This document shows, piece by piece, positions 37,694 to 48,036 of a stretch of 51,499 nt of DNA (its first letter is position 1; every line of letters starts with the position of its first letter). The notes under the pieces are model-generated. The model was given only the letters and a program-made list of their open reading frames with translations. It searched no databases and was not told the origin of the DNA. The position numbers and the translations under genes were made by a program. Location: assembly GCA_039806885.1 (NCBI GenBank), contig JBDHQE010000001.1, forward strand, positions 1 to 51,499. The letters run 5' to 3'. This stretch comes from Verrucomicrobiales bacterium. Lineage in GTDB: Bacteria; Verrucomicrobiota; Verrucomicrobiia; Verrucomicrobiales; DEV007.

Positions 37694-38890
37694 TCAAAAT
37701 GCAGAGAGCGCTTGACGGAGGTCGGCGATCAGATCCGATACCGTCTCTAGGCCAACAGAGAATCGTACCAGAGAATCGGTAATTCCGACGCTGAGGCGAT
37801 GGTCCTTCGGCACACTCGCATGAGTCATGGAGGCAGGATGGCAGCAGAGTGATTCGACTCCACCGAGACTCTCGGCTTTCGGGAAAAGGGTGAGACGCTC
37901 CAGAAAATTGAGGGTCGAAGAAATGTCACGTCCGAAATCTACCGTGACAATCCCCGATCCGCCGTTCATCTGTCGTCGCGCCAATTCATATTGTGGATGC
38001 GAGGGCAGAAAAGGATAGCGCACGGATCGAGCGTCCGTCTCCTGCTCTAGGAACTGAGCGAATGCAAGTGCGTTGGCATTGTGTCGCTCCATTCGGACAG
38101 CTAGTGTTTTCAGGCCTCGTGAGACCAGCCAGCAATCCATGGGGCTGGGCTGCAAACCGAGAGCCTTTTGAGCGAAGATCATTTTTTCATGCCATTCGTC
38201 CGAGTTCGTACAGACCGCTCCCGCCAGCGCGTCGGAGTGCCCGTTCGCGTATTTCGTGAGAGAGAGCAGCGATAGATCGGCTCCCAACTCGATCGGACGC
38301 TGCACATAGCTACTGGCGAAAGTGTTGTCCACTAGCAGCGCTGCTCCAGCTGCGTGTGTAGCCGAAGCGATCGCGCAGATATCGAGGATTTTTAGATTCG
38401 GATTCGTCGGGGATTCGATCCAGACGAGAGTGGGCGCATGCTCCGCGATTCTTTCCAGCGAAGCTGGGTTGGTAAAGTCTAGATACTTAACGATCACTCC
38501 GAACTTTGCGAACACCTGAGCAAAAAGACGGAATGTACAACCGTAGAGGTTTTCCTCCGCCACCACTACGTCGCCACTGCGCAAGGTCGAGACAACGGCG
38601 GTGATCGCCGAAACTCCACTGCCAAAGCAAGTGGAAAAAGCGGCACCCTCGAGGCTCGCAACCGTTCGGTCGAGAAGACGAAAGTTGGGATTGCCCGAGC
38701 GAGTGTAATCAAAGCCCCCGGGATTTCCGTATTCGAATGTAGAGGTAAGCCACACAGGGGGAGTGACAGCGCCCGTATCGCGAATGAAGTCACGCCCGAG
38801 CTGAATCGCGCGAGTTTCAAACCCTGCAGCCGCGCTTATAGCGGAGCGACTGCGGTTAGTCTCGTCTTCATCAGGGGCATTGATATCCAT
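37694..38890 (-). CDS. Cys/Met metabolism PLP enzyme (cystathionine gamma-lyase/synthase)
   Basis: DYTRSGNP, ESPTNP, VDNTFAS, SLTKYANGHSD, AESLGGVESL, RFSVGLE; ATG 38890. Confidence 0.92.
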   Translation of the reverse strand: MDINAPDEDETNRSRSAISAAAGFETRAIQLGRDFIRDTGAVTPPVWLTSTFEYGNPGGFDYTRSGNPNFRLLDRTVASLEGAAFSTCFGSGVSAITAVVSTLRSGDVVVAEENLYGCTFRLFAQVFAKFGVIVKYLDFTNPASLERIAEHAPTLVWIESPTNPNLKILDICAIASATHAAGAALLVDNTFASSYVQRPIELGADLSLLSLTKYANGHSDALAGAVCTNSDEWHEKMIFAQKALGLQPSPMDCWLVSRGLKTLAVRMERHNANALAFAQFLEQETDARSVRYPFLPSHPQYELARRQMNGGSGIVTVDFGRDISSTLNFLERLTLFPKAESLGGVESLCCHPASMTHASVPKDHRLSVGITDSLVRFSVGLETVSDLIADLRQALSAF

Positions 38891-38963
38891 CCCGAAATCA
38901 ACCCTCTGAGGCGACAGAGTCAACCGTCTTGCGTGCGATCTGGCACGATCTTCCAACGATTTT

Positions 38964-40256
38964 TCAGAAATGATAGTTCAGCTCTATCGAGAACCGAGTA
39001 GCATCCGGTAGCCGATCTATGATCGCATTCGCCGTGTAATCGTCTCCATTTGACTCGAAATAGGCGAGTTTGGCGATGGCGGTGAAGTTGTCGTCGAACT
39101 TTTTCGTAAGGACTGAGTCATATTCCCATCCGTAGCCAGAGGAAATTTCATCGTCACCCATGATGTGGAATACATTCATCCATTGGATTCCCCAAAAGAT
39201 CGGGATGGTGTGGGAGAGATACGTATCCGTCAGGCCGTTGTGAGCACCCGATACACGTGCGGCGTCGGTCACGTCCGCGAAGCCGTTCATCGTATGGACC
39301 GTGGCAAGCGGCGTCTTAAATCCGGCGGCGAGGTGTTCTACGCCGAGACTCAGTGATCCCATCTCGTTCAGGTTTTTCGTAATGATTCCATGTGCGTAAA
39401 AGGCATCGTCATTCGCAGCGACTCCGGCCTGATCTTGCCACGCCATTTCTCCGTAGAGAGTCAAGCCCAACAAGTCGCCTTTGGCACTGAGTCCGAAGGT
39501 GTCGTTGTCCCAGGCATGATAGTCGGGGAAGTCCATGATGTAGGCGTAGCCACCGAGTGTTATCCCCGGCACTCCGGTGTATGACGCATTGAGCAGATTG
39601 ACTCGGGCATCGATATCTTGGACGTTGGAAAAGCCAGGAGCTAAGGGAGCATCGGCATCCGAACCGAAAATCCGATTGACTTGGCCGACGTAGGCGTACT
39701 GAAGAGTCAGTCCATCGAGCGATTTGTTCACGAACGAGAGGGCATCGTATGTCTGTTCATTCTGACGCCAGCCGACATTACCTACGAAGGCGGCATTGTC
39801 GTAAATGATTCGCTGACGACCAGCACGGAAGACCGTGTCGAAGTTCTTATACTGAAGGTAGGCCTGATTGAGCTCAGCTGTCTGCGGATCGGCGATCAGT
39901 GAGCGAGTCGGCTTAAAAGGAAAGGCACCCGGTGCACCGCCATGGTAATCATCGCCGAGCGCCTGTAGGAACTCTCCTTCGACGAGTGCGCTCAAGCCTT
40001 CCCAAGCCTTGGTCTCGAATCCTACTCGCTCGCGCACCGTCCAAGCATTCGAGTCATCAAAGCCCTCCAAGTCGGCAAATTCATAGCGCAGGCGAAGATC
40101 GATCAGCGGAATGATCCAAGGTTCCGAAGGTTCAGTACTGATCGCTGACTTCGGATCGAGAGTCGTATCGGATGGCCCCGCAAATGCATCATCCGTCGTT
40201 ACGATGATAAGGGTGGAAAGAATGCAGAAGGAAAAGCGAAGAAAGGAGTCTTTCAT
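38964..40256 (-). CDS. Alginate-export (AlgE-like) outer-membrane beta-barrel
   Basis: Signal peptide from ATG 40256; LRLRYE, ELNQAY, GRQRI, FVGNVGWRQNEQTYDA, TPLATVH; C-terminal Phe. Confidence 0.82.
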   Translation of the reverse strand: MKDSFLRFSFCILSTLIIVTTDDAFAGPSDTTLDPKSAISTEPSEPWIIPLIDLRLRYEFADLEGFDDSNAWTVRERVGFETKAWEGLSALVEGEFLQALGDDYHGGAPGAFPFKPTRSLIADPQTAELNQAYLQYKNFDTVFRAGRQRIIYDNAAFVGNVGWRQNEQTYDALSFVNKSLDGLTLQYAYVGQVNRIFGSDADAPLAPGFSNVQDIDARVNLLNASYTGVPGITLGGYAYIMDFPDYHAWDNDTFGLSAKGDLLGLTLYGEMAWQDQAGVAANDDAFYAHGIITKNLNEMGSLSLGVEHLAAGFKTPLATVHTMNGFADVTDAARVSGAHNGLTDTYLSHTIPIFWGIQWMNVFHIMGDDEISSGYGWEYDSVLTKKFDDNFTAIAKLAYFESNGDDYTANAIIDRLPDATRFSIELNYHF

Positions 40257-40282
40257 GTGAGCGAAGATGTGAGCGAAGATGT
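40255..40282. repeat. 12-bp tandem repeat (ATGTGAGCGAAG x2.3) abutting the porin start codon
   Basis: atgtgagcgaag-atgtgagcgaag-atgt read directly. Confidence 0.8.
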
Positions 40283-40505
40283 CGGGAAGAGATTCTCTAT
40301 CCAAATTGTCATATTGGATTCGAGTATCGAGGTACAATACGAGTCGGAATATGTGTTCGGATGCTTCAATTACGCAAGAAGCTTCCGTAGATAATTTCCG
40401 TCGATGAATCTTCGCTAGGAGTCTACTGACATAGAATTCTCACAAAAGACCATGAGGCTTTGTAGAATCCCACCAGCGCAATATTTTCCTAGGTAGGAGA
40501 TTGCT

Positions 40506-43500
40506 TCAGAATCGTATTTGCCGAGATATTCCTGGCTTGGTTGCCTGGATATTCCACTGGAAGGGAGTTACCCGAAAGCGATACGTTCCCTTTTTCTTCA
40601 GATTTGAAAGAGACAAACTACGAGGATAAGTCGGCACATTACGAATCTGCCGCCATCCTTTAGATTTCGGATATTGTCCTTGAATCTGATATTTCGTTTC
40701 GTAACCACTCGATGACCAACTCACACGAGCGCGTAGCTTCCCAGCACGGGAAACGCTCACACGAGGCGACTTTGAGAAGTCAGTGAATCGAAGATTAAGA
40801 GAATAGTCACCTGTTGCGCCATTCTTGCCATCCAAAGCGATGTAGTAAGTAGTCTTAGCGCGAGTTCGGAAGGTTACGCGACTCGCTCGATTCAATGCGC
40901 CCGCAATATTGTCATTGGAGGCGACTCTCTTCAGATTGGTGAGAGAACTTCCAGTATATACTGCTAGAACTGTATCGAAATCGCTATATTCAGTATCGAC
41001 CGTAAGAGTTCCGCTCGCAGGAGCCGTCCAATTCGCCCACACCGAGTGACCCCCGACCGCTCCGGCGTGGCGGGGGTCATTCGGCTCGTTGGTAGCAGCG
41101 AAATTGTATCCTGTGAGCGAAGCGCGTGACTTGCCCGATAGCGGGATACTTCGTGCGAAATTGTCATTTCCTACAGACGCGACGGAAATGCCGTAATGCC
41201 CAGGATCAGATCCGATCAAATCGCTGACACCCTTAGATGAGGCATTTCTAGCGCGTATCCAATAGTAGAACTTACCCGAGCCAGCGCTGGAATCGTAGAG
41301 GAATGGCGATGTAGCAGTGTCGACTAGGGACGCCGTATTTCGGTCGTTCGTTGCGGAGCGATACACGTCATAGTGGCTAGCTCCTGAGACACCGCTCCAC
41401 GAGATATAGATCCGATCTCGATATTCTCCGTCGGAGGCCGAGAGACCAGTGGGGGATCCGATCTTCGTTCCGGGCGCGCTGACAGTGAGACTCACCGGAA
41501 TAGTAGCTGGGGAACCGACAGCGTCAGGCGCTGTAACGGTAATCGCCGCAGTATAAGTGCCCGGTGTGAGAGCTCCGGAATTGTAGCGAACTGAAATATT
41601 TGCGTTCCCGACGCCAACGATTGAACCTCTCTCAGGAGAGACGCTTAGCCACGATGCGTTCGCCTCGACCACATAGTTGACCGTCGTTTCCTTTCCCTGC
41701 TTTGCGATTTTAAAACTCTGTGTTCCGCCATTGGTTCCTTCGTTCAGTGATTGTGTGAGCGATGTAGGCGTGAGCGAGATGATGGAAACCGGTGCTGTGT
41801 ATGTCCCGTTGATCCAGTATTGTCCAATGCTTCCGTAACCGCTGGTGTCATATTCGAAAGGTGGGTTTCCGGAAGGCTTAGGTAGACCTATTCCACTAAT
41901 TCTGAGGAAGTAATTCCCTGCGTCTAAATTGCTTGAGAAGCTTACTGCGGGCGAATTCGTAGTCGATTCTCCGCTGAGAATTACACTTCCCGCTTGATTT
42001 AAGATCTCCGCCTTTAGATAGAGATTCGGTCGAAGGGGAAGTGGATTAATCGTCATGTTCAAGGGGCCGCTTCCCGTTTTGAAGCTCATTATGTCGATAT
42101 CTGAACTCTTTTCAATCACTCCTGAATCCGCAACGGTTCGAACACCTGCGATAGTTTGCGCTATTTCGATTGGGCGGGCACTAGCAAATGTATTGGACTT
42201 ATCGTCAGCACGATATCCGAAGTTATTTTTTGTCGTGAGAATCGAGAGATCGTCCTCTTTATTGCTCGCATTTAGATATTCTCCTTTGCTCCACTGGGTA
42301 TAGGTCGGAAAGTACCCGGTCCCCATGATGGGTCCCCAACTCACTGGGGTAGTCACCCCGTCGTAATATTCTTCATCAGGGAGCAGTCCGTCGTGATGCA
42401 ATCCCATCGTATGCCCAATCTCATGAGAAGCAGCGGCGGAGGTGCCAGTTATTTTATTGCCAACGTTGTTATCGAAAACCCAACAGGGGGTATCTCCAGA
42501 AGATGTGAATGTATCTAGGTAAGCAACCCCGCCTGCGGTACCTTGATACCAAGCCCTAGTCGGTGTGATAATCACTCGAATGCGACTATCCTCTGATGCA
42601 CGATTAAAGCGAGTCTCATCGGTCGTGACGCTTACGTCAAAGGGGCTGTAATCTTCAGCGATAATCTCGCAGACTTGCTGCATTTCGGCTGTGGACAGGC
42701 TGCTTGCGGCTGCTGTAATCGTTGGGGCGTTATTCGCAGTGTTCCATCGAGTTCCAGTAACGATTTGTCCATCAAAGTCCAAATAGATTACAGCACGAGC
42801 TGAAGGGCGACTGTCAAAAGTAGGGGCGGGTGCAGCCAGCGGAGCAGAGGGAGGCCCAGATGTCGGATTCCCTAGTCCAGCCGAAATTCCGAGAGAATCG
42901 CTCGCATTTCTCGCTTGGGATCCATTTTTACCAGCCCCGGAAACCGAAGGCAAGCCACCACCGCTCTCTGGGGTGGCACCTTTCGGAGCGCATATCATGT
43001 CGCTGTAGGGAATTTGAGCGATCAGAAGAGACCCGTCAGTCTGGGGCGTTAGTTGATGGGCGAGCGTAGAATTTCTGTGAGTGATATAGCCACCGTAGTG
43101 TCCCTGGCTATAACGTTCTAAGTGCAGCGTAGATGTTTCATTTGCTGCCGCGAGGGCTTTTACGTTTGTGTCGAGCTGCGGCATGATCCAGTCGACTTTA
43201 CCGACGAATACGAACGCGTCAGAAAAGGGAATTTCGATCTCATCCCCCTTTGTGCGATTAAAAAAGGATTCCAGAAAATCAGGCTGAGAAATTCGAAGTT
43301 GTGGAGGGTGATTCGGATCTGATTTGGTTGACGTGGTTCGAGTCAGATCAAGCGAGGGGGGGAGATCTGCCGTGGGAATGGCTTTGAAAGAAGCCGTCGA
43401 TTGATCTTTTTCATTTGTGAGCGTATCGCTCGACAGGGTGACGGCCGAGTCATCGGTGTTGCCCGCAACGGAAGCTGAAAGAGTCGATGTGGTATCCCTG

Positions 43501-43634
43501 TCGCTCCTCTTGCCATCGGGGTGCGTCGAATCTATTGATTCTAAGTGATTCAGGATGACGGCAAGGAGGCTTGACAAAGCGATTATACCGATGAAAAAGT
43601 AATACATCGGTTTTAATTTTGGCGTCTTTTGCAT
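40506..43634 (-). CDS. Large exported/anchored metzincin-type zinc metalloprotease with PPC-, BACON- and FN3-like domains
   Basis: N-terminal TM, VIYLDFDG, HEIGHTMGLHH, Met-turn GPIMG, WLSVSP, NDNFAR...HSVW...DTVLAVY. Confidence 0.85.
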   Translation of the reverse strand: MQKTPKLKPMYYFFIGIIALSSLLAVILNHLESIDSTHPDGKRSDRDTTSTLSASVAGNTDDSAVTLSSDTLTNEKDQSTASFKAIPTADLPPSLDLTRTTSTKSDPNHPPQLRISQPDFLESFFNRTKGDEIEIPFSDAFVFVGKVDWIMPQLDTNVKALAAANETSTLHLERYSQGHYGGYITHRNSTLAHQLTPQTDGSLLIAQIPYSDMICAPKGATPESGGGLPSVSGAGKNGSQARNASDSLGISAGLGNPTSGPPSAPLAAPAPTFDSRPSARAVIYLDFDGQIVTGTRWNTANNAPTITAAASSLSTAEMQQVCEIIAEDYSPFDVSVTTDETRFNRASEDSRIRVIITPTRAWYQGTAGGVAYLDTFTSSGDTPCWVFDNNVGNKITGTSAAASHEIGHTMGLHHDGLLPDEEYYDGVTTPVSWGPIMGTGYFPTYTQWSKGEYLNASNKEDDLSILTTKNNFGYRADDKSNTFASARPIEIAQTIAGVRTVADSGVIEKSSDIDIMSFKTGSGPLNMTINPLPLRPNLYLKAEILNQAGSVILSGESTTNSPAVSFSSNLDAGNYFLRISGIGLPKPSGNPPFEYDTSGYGSIGQYWINGTYTAPVSIISLTPTSLTQSLNEGTNGGTQSFKIAKQGKETTVNYVVEANASWLSVSPERGSIVGVGNANISVRYNSGALTPGTYTAAITVTAPDAVGSPATIPVSLTVSAPGTKIGSPTGLSASDGEYRDRIYISWSGVSGASHYDVYRSATNDRNTASLVDTATSPFLYDSSAGSGKFYYWIRARNASSKGVSDLIGSDPGHYGISVASVGNDNFARSIPLSGKSRASLTGYNFAATNEPNDPRHAGAVGGHSVWANWTAPASGTLTVDTEYSDFDTVLAVYTGSSLTNLKRVASNDNIAGALNRASRVTFRTRAKTTYYIALDGKNGATGDYSLNLRFTDFSKSPRVSVSRAGKLRARVSWSSSGYETKYQIQGQYPKSKGWRQIRNVPTYPRSLSLSNLKKKGTYRFRVTPFQWNIQATKPGISRQIRF

Positions 43635-43736
43635 TTCAATTAATTGTTTTATTCACCCTTACACTGAATTGCAAGGAATTTATTGATTGAAGGAGAATCT
43701 CGGATGCGCCGTGTCCAGACGAACCCTGAAACAAAC

Positions 43737-44405
43737 TCAGGGCTTTTCCTTCTTTTCAAGCACTTTATCAATGAGACCGTATTCCGCCGCGACCTCGGCG
43801 GGCATATAATTATCGCGGTCAGAGTCGCGCTCGATCTCTTCAATCGTGCGCCCTGTATGATGGGCAAGAATGCGATTGAGACGCTTCTTCAGTGAATACA
43901 TGAACTCGACTGTGCGCTCCACATCCGATGCAGTGCCCTGCGCTCCGCCAGAGACCTGGTGAATCATGATGTGGGAATTCGGCAGGGCGTAGCGCTTGCC
44001 CTTGGTGCCAGCAGTCAACAGCACAGCACCCATGCTCGCAGCCATGCCCATGCAGTAGGTGTTCACATCGCAGGTGACGAACTGCATCGTATCGTAGATC
44101 GCGAGACCAGCGGTCACGGACCCGCCAGGGCTGTTGATGTATATGTTGATGTCCTTGCTCGGATCCTGCATCTGCAGATACAGCATCTGCGCGATGACGT
44201 AGTTCGCTAGAGGATCGCTCACCTGCTCGCCGATGAAGATAATACGATCCTTCATCAGGCGTGAAAGCAGATCGAACTGAATCATCGTATTCCCTTCCTT
44301 CTCAATCACACTCACGTTTCGCATCGGATCGATGATGCGCTGCTGCAGGTGAGGCGGAAGAAGGGGTGAGAGTTCCTGAACGGAATCAAGATCGTTTGGA
44401 TTCAT
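43737..44405 (-). CDS. clpP: ATP-dependent Clp protease proteolytic subunit
   Basis: SRLMKDRIIF, YINSPGGSVTAG, AASMGA, IMIHQ, DRDNYM. Confidence 0.96.
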   Translation of the reverse strand: MNPNDLDSVQELSPLLPPHLQQRIIDPMRNVSVIEKEGNTMIQFDLLSRLMKDRIIFIGEQVSDPLANYVIAQMLYLQMQDPSKDINIYINSPGGSVTAGLAIYDTMQFVTCDVNTYCMGMAASMGAVLLTAGTKGKRYALPNSHIMIHQVSGGAQGTASDVERTVEFMYSLKKRLNRILAHHTGRTIEEIERDSDRDNYMPAEVAAEYGLIDKVLEKKEKP

Positions 44406-44438
44406 AAGCAAGAGTGGAAAATGGGATGAAGCGACAGA

Positions 44439-45851
44439 TTATTTAGATGATTCAGATGATTCAGCGGACGTTTCAGCAGGCGGCTCAACAGTTGTGCTCT
44501 CAGGATCACTGGCTGAGGCTTCAATGGACTGAGCTTCTTCTGAGGTAGAAGGACGTTCCACCTCTGTGATCGCTACATTCTTCCGGAGATGCTCTAGTGT
44601 TTTACCGATCAGCACATCTTCTCTAATCCTACTTATAGAACCCCTTACCTCCAGAGCCACCTTCTTGAATGGGCGATTCTGCTCAGCAGCGATTTGTTTA
44701 ATTCTGTAATAGATTTCCTGATCACTTACAGTTAGGCCTTCTAGCTCCGCCACTTTAAGAAGAACATAACGAGCGGTAATTCCATTTCTGGCACGCTTCT
44801 CGGCATTCTCGACGATCTGCTCTCGATGTTCAGTGATCATCTCCTCGCTCAGTCCTTGGCGATACCCCTGCATCACCATTTCTGATACCTCGCTCTGCGT
44901 CTCATGAAAAACGAGATGCTGAGGCAGGTCGAAGGAGGAATCTTTCATGAGGAAGGTAACGATCTGATTACTGATATCGTCTCGTCGAGACGCCTCCGCC
45001 TCAGCTACCAGCTTATCGTGAATCCAAATCCTAAGCTCTTCGAGACTTTCATGCCCAAACTGCTGTGCAAATTTATCATCGATATCCGGCAGTCGCATTT
45101 CAAAGACTCCCGTTACTGACACGTCAAAAACAATCGATTTTCCGACGAATTCTTTGTTCGGATAATCTTCCGGGAAATCGGATGTATGACTAATCGTGTC
45201 CCCGGCAGAAAGCCCTATACCCGCCTTCGAGAGTCCAGGAATGAAGTCATAGGTGGTATCCTCTCCCACACGGTAGTCTAGCCCCTCTCCTGAAGCGAGG
45301 AACCCGTACTCCTCCGCGCTGAGTGCCTCATCATCGATTTTTCCCGAATAGGTGATTTGAATCATCTGACCGTCCTTTGCCGGGAGATCAGTTGAGGCTT
45401 TGTAACTGCCTTTCTCACGCACACCATCAAGGATGAGATCCACATCCGCATCCGTGATTTCGATTTTCACGACCTCTACGGGAATGCTCTGATAATCCGG
45501 CACCTCCACATCTGGTTCAGTTACGACTTCGAGCGCTAACAGGCAGGAGCCATCGGCTTCCAGTTGCTCGCGTTCAATTTGACTAATTCCAAGGATGCGC
45601 ACCGATTCCTTCGCTCTCGCCTCATTCACTGCTGACTTTCTCAAGCGCTCCATCAATTCGGAGTCAATGGAATCGGAGAAGCGCTTTTCAACGACGGCGA
45701 CAGGAATCTTCCCCGGACGAAACCCAGGGACTTTCGCCTCTCGTGCAAAGGCGGATACGACCTGCTGCCGAGCCTTGCCGACCACATCGGCAGGGATGGT
45801 AATCGACAGGCGAGCTTTGCACTCAGGCAGGTGTTCGAGGGAGATATTCAT
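44439..45851 (-). CDS. tig: Trigger factor
   Basis: VPGFRPGKIP signature, FKBP-like FIPG...FPEDY; upstream of clpP; ATG 45851. Confidence 0.93.
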   Translation of the reverse strand: MNISLEHLPECKARLSITIPADVVGKARQQVVSAFAREAKVPGFRPGKIPVAVVEKRFSDSIDSELMERLRKSAVNEARAKESVRILGISQIEREQLEADGSCLLALEVVTEPDVEVPDYQSIPVEVVKIEITDADVDLILDGVREKGSYKASTDLPAKDGQMIQITYSGKIDDEALSAEEYGFLASGEGLDYRVGEDTTYDFIPGLSKAGIGLSAGDTISHTSDFPEDYPNKEFVGKSIVFDVSVTGVFEMRLPDIDDKFAQQFGHESLEELRIWIHDKLVAEAEASRRDDISNQIVTFLMKDSSFDLPQHLVFHETQSEVSEMVMQGYRQGLSEEMITEHREQIVENAEKRARNGITARYVLLKVAELEGLTVSDQEIYYRIKQIAAEQNRPFKKVALEVRGSISRIREDVLIGKTLEHLRKNVAITEVERPSTSEEAQSIEASASDPESTTVEPPAETSAESSESSK

Positions 45852-45900
45852 AATCGAAAAAGGGAGAGTTTTTTGCCTCCAAAAGACAAAGGGCGGGAAT

Positions 45901-46764
45901 CTAAAACAAGGAGTCCGGATTTGCACTCGATAAATTCGCCACACTTTCTCCACAAAATGAGGCAAGATCGGCAGGCAGAGGAGAATGCCAGCGGTGGAAC
46001 TCCCATGAGAGAAAGGCGGCGTGCAGAGCTTGCCGGTTCAGTAAAAGTGTTTGCTCCAGAGCCGAAGTCCAGCCCTGTTCGATGAATTCCAGATAGGAGT
46101 GCTCACTGATTCCATAAATCTTGTCACCGACGAGAGGATAGCCTGCATGAGCTGCATGAACGCGAATCTGATGCATTCGACCCGTTTTCGGAGAACAGCT
46201 CAGTAGAGAAAATAGTTCTCCGTTCGATGTCCTCTTTTTGAATCGAGCTAGGACGCGAAAATGCGTAAGCGACGCTTTCCCCGCAGGATGAACCGCCTGC
46301 TGCACCCATACTGGAGACGCAGCAATCTCACCTTTGCGAAGGATGGGAGCATCGACCGTGAACTCTTCTTCCTCCGGCCATCCTCGAACGACAGCGAAAT
46401 ACCCTTTCTGAAATTCGCGTCGTTCCATGGCCTTTCCTAGCATGCGAGCTGCCTCGCGATGCTTCGCCACCAAAGTGATGCCGCTCGTCTCTCGATCCAG
46501 TCGGTTCACTAGGGAGATTTGCTTTCCGCAGGCGATCTCGTACGCACAGAGCGCCTGAATGCCGTCGAGTAAGGTGGGTGGGTTTCCTGGCACCGAGGGA
46601 TGCACCATCAGGTGAGGGGGCTTATCGACGACGAGATAATCCTCAGTTTCGTCGATCACGGTGAAATCAGGTGTATACAGGCGTAGGTCGATGGAGAAAG
46701 ATAGACTGAGCTGAAGAAATCGGAGCAAGAAATTTTCCAGATTGATACTTCGGAAATGATTCAT
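45901..46764 (-). CDS. RluA-family pseudouridine synthase (start uncertain)
   Basis: VVDKPPHL, NRLDRETSG, TGRMHQIRVH, LVGDKIYG, RQALHA. Confidence 0.9.
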   Translation of the reverse strand: MNHFRSINLENFLLRFLQLSLSFSIDLRLYTPDFTVIDETEDYLVVDKPPHLMVHPSVPGNPPTLLDGIQALCAYEIACGKQISLVNRLDRETSGITLVAKHREAARMLGKAMERREFQKGYFAVVRGWPEEEEFTVDAPILRKGEIAASPVWVQQAVHPAGKASLTHFRVLARFKKRTSNGELFSLLSCSPKTGRMHQIRVHAAHAGYPLVGDKIYGISEHSYLEFIEQGWTSALEQTLLLNRQALHAAFLSWEFHRWHSPLPADLASFCGESVANLSSANPDSLF

Positions 46765-46856
46765 TTTGTGGAATTTCTATCGACAGATAGCGTCCTCGCG
46801 CTACAGTCTTGGCACTTATCCACTCCGGTCTCCCGCCGAATGGAACGCTCTCAAGA

Positions 46857-47984
46857 ATGAAGATTTTTGCTCCCAAGGAAAGTGACTCAATTGAAACTCG
46901 CGCTGCGTTGGATCCGGCAGCAGTGAAGAAACTTGTAGGTCTCGGTGCTGAGGTCTCAGTGGAAACGGGAATCGGAGATCGCTGTGATCATCCGGATGCG
47001 AGCTACCAGGAGGCTGGTGCAATGATTATCTCAGATCGTGCTGCGGGTATCTCGGGAGCCGATCTAGTGGTGCGCGTGCGGAAGCCGAGTTCCGAGGATG
47101 TCGCGCTGTTGCGCTCGGGAACGATTCACATCAGCTTCCTCGATCCTTTTCATGAATCGAGTCTAATTTCTGAGTTCGCATCGCGTGGCATCAGCGCGAT
47201 CAGCTTAGAAATGATCCCGCGCTCAACCTTGGCGCAAAAAATGGACGCGATCAGTTCTCAGGCGAATTTGGCTGGCTACGTGGCGGTAATTCTGGCAGCA
47301 GACCGCATGACGACGATCTTTCCCATGATGATGACCCCGGCGGGCACGATCTCGCCCGCGAAGGTTTTCGTCTTGGGGATCGGCGTGGCAGGCTTGCAGG
47401 CCATCGCTACCGCGAAGCGCCTCGGAGCAAGGGTGACGGCATTCGATGTGAGGCCAGAAGCTCTGGAGCAGGCGGAATCTCTGGGAGCAAAGGCTCTCCG
47501 CATCGACCTAGGGGAAACTGGCAGCACGGCTCAGGGCTATGCGAAGGAACTAACCCCCGAACAAATCGCCAAGCAGATCGAAGCACAAGCGAAGGTGTGT
47601 GCGGAGAGTGATTTGGTCATCACCACGGCGAAGGTTTTCGGACGGAAGCCGCCGATCCTGATCAAAGCAGATGTAGTGGCGCAAATGAAGCACGGTAGCG
47701 TAATCGTCGATCTCGCTGCGGAGACTGGGGGTAATGTCGAGGGCATCGTGCCAGGCGAAGAAGTCCTGACAGACAACGGTGTGCGCTTGATCGGACTGGC
47801 GAATTATGAAGGACGCGTGGCCAAGCACGCCACTCAGGTGCTGGCTGCAAACTTTGCGAACATGATCGAACACTTCTGGGATGCGGAATCAAAGACTTTC
47901 GCCCTACGTCGCGATGATGAAATTCTGAAGGGCTGCCTGATCACCCATGACGGCGAGATCGTTCACGAGCGATTCAAATCCTGA
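46857..47984 (+). CDS. pntAA: NAD(P) transhydrogenase alpha subunit part 1
   Basis: MKIFAPKE, AQKMDAISSQANLAGY, GIGVAGLQA, VDLAAETGGN. Confidence 0.95.
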   Translation: MKIFAPKESDSIETRAALDPAAVKKLVGLGAEVSVETGIGDRCDHPDASYQEAGAMIISDRAAGISGADLVVRVRKPSSEDVALLRSGTIHISFLDPFHESSLISEFASRGISAISLEMIPRSTLAQKMDAISSQANLAGYVAVILAADRMTTIFPMMMTPAGTISPAKVFVLGIGVAGLQAIATAKRLGARVTAFDVRPEALEQAESLGAKALRIDLGETGSTAQGYAKELTPEQIAKQIEAQAKVCAESDLVITTAKVFGRKPPILIKADVVAQMKHGSVIVDLAAETGGNVEGIVPGEEVLTDNGVRLIGLANYEGRVAKHATQVLAANFANMIEHFWDAESKTFALRRDDEILKGCLITHDGEIVHERFKS

Positions 47985-48036
47985 ACTCCCGATCTAGCAT
48001 CCTACTTTTAATCCTACAACTCTTCTCTTTTCAGAT

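Noticed and set aside
45852-45965. Extended tig N-terminus or a tRNA upstream of tig
   Set aside because: Overlaps the RluA gene end; tig similarity starts at 45851 and no tRNA fold is seen.
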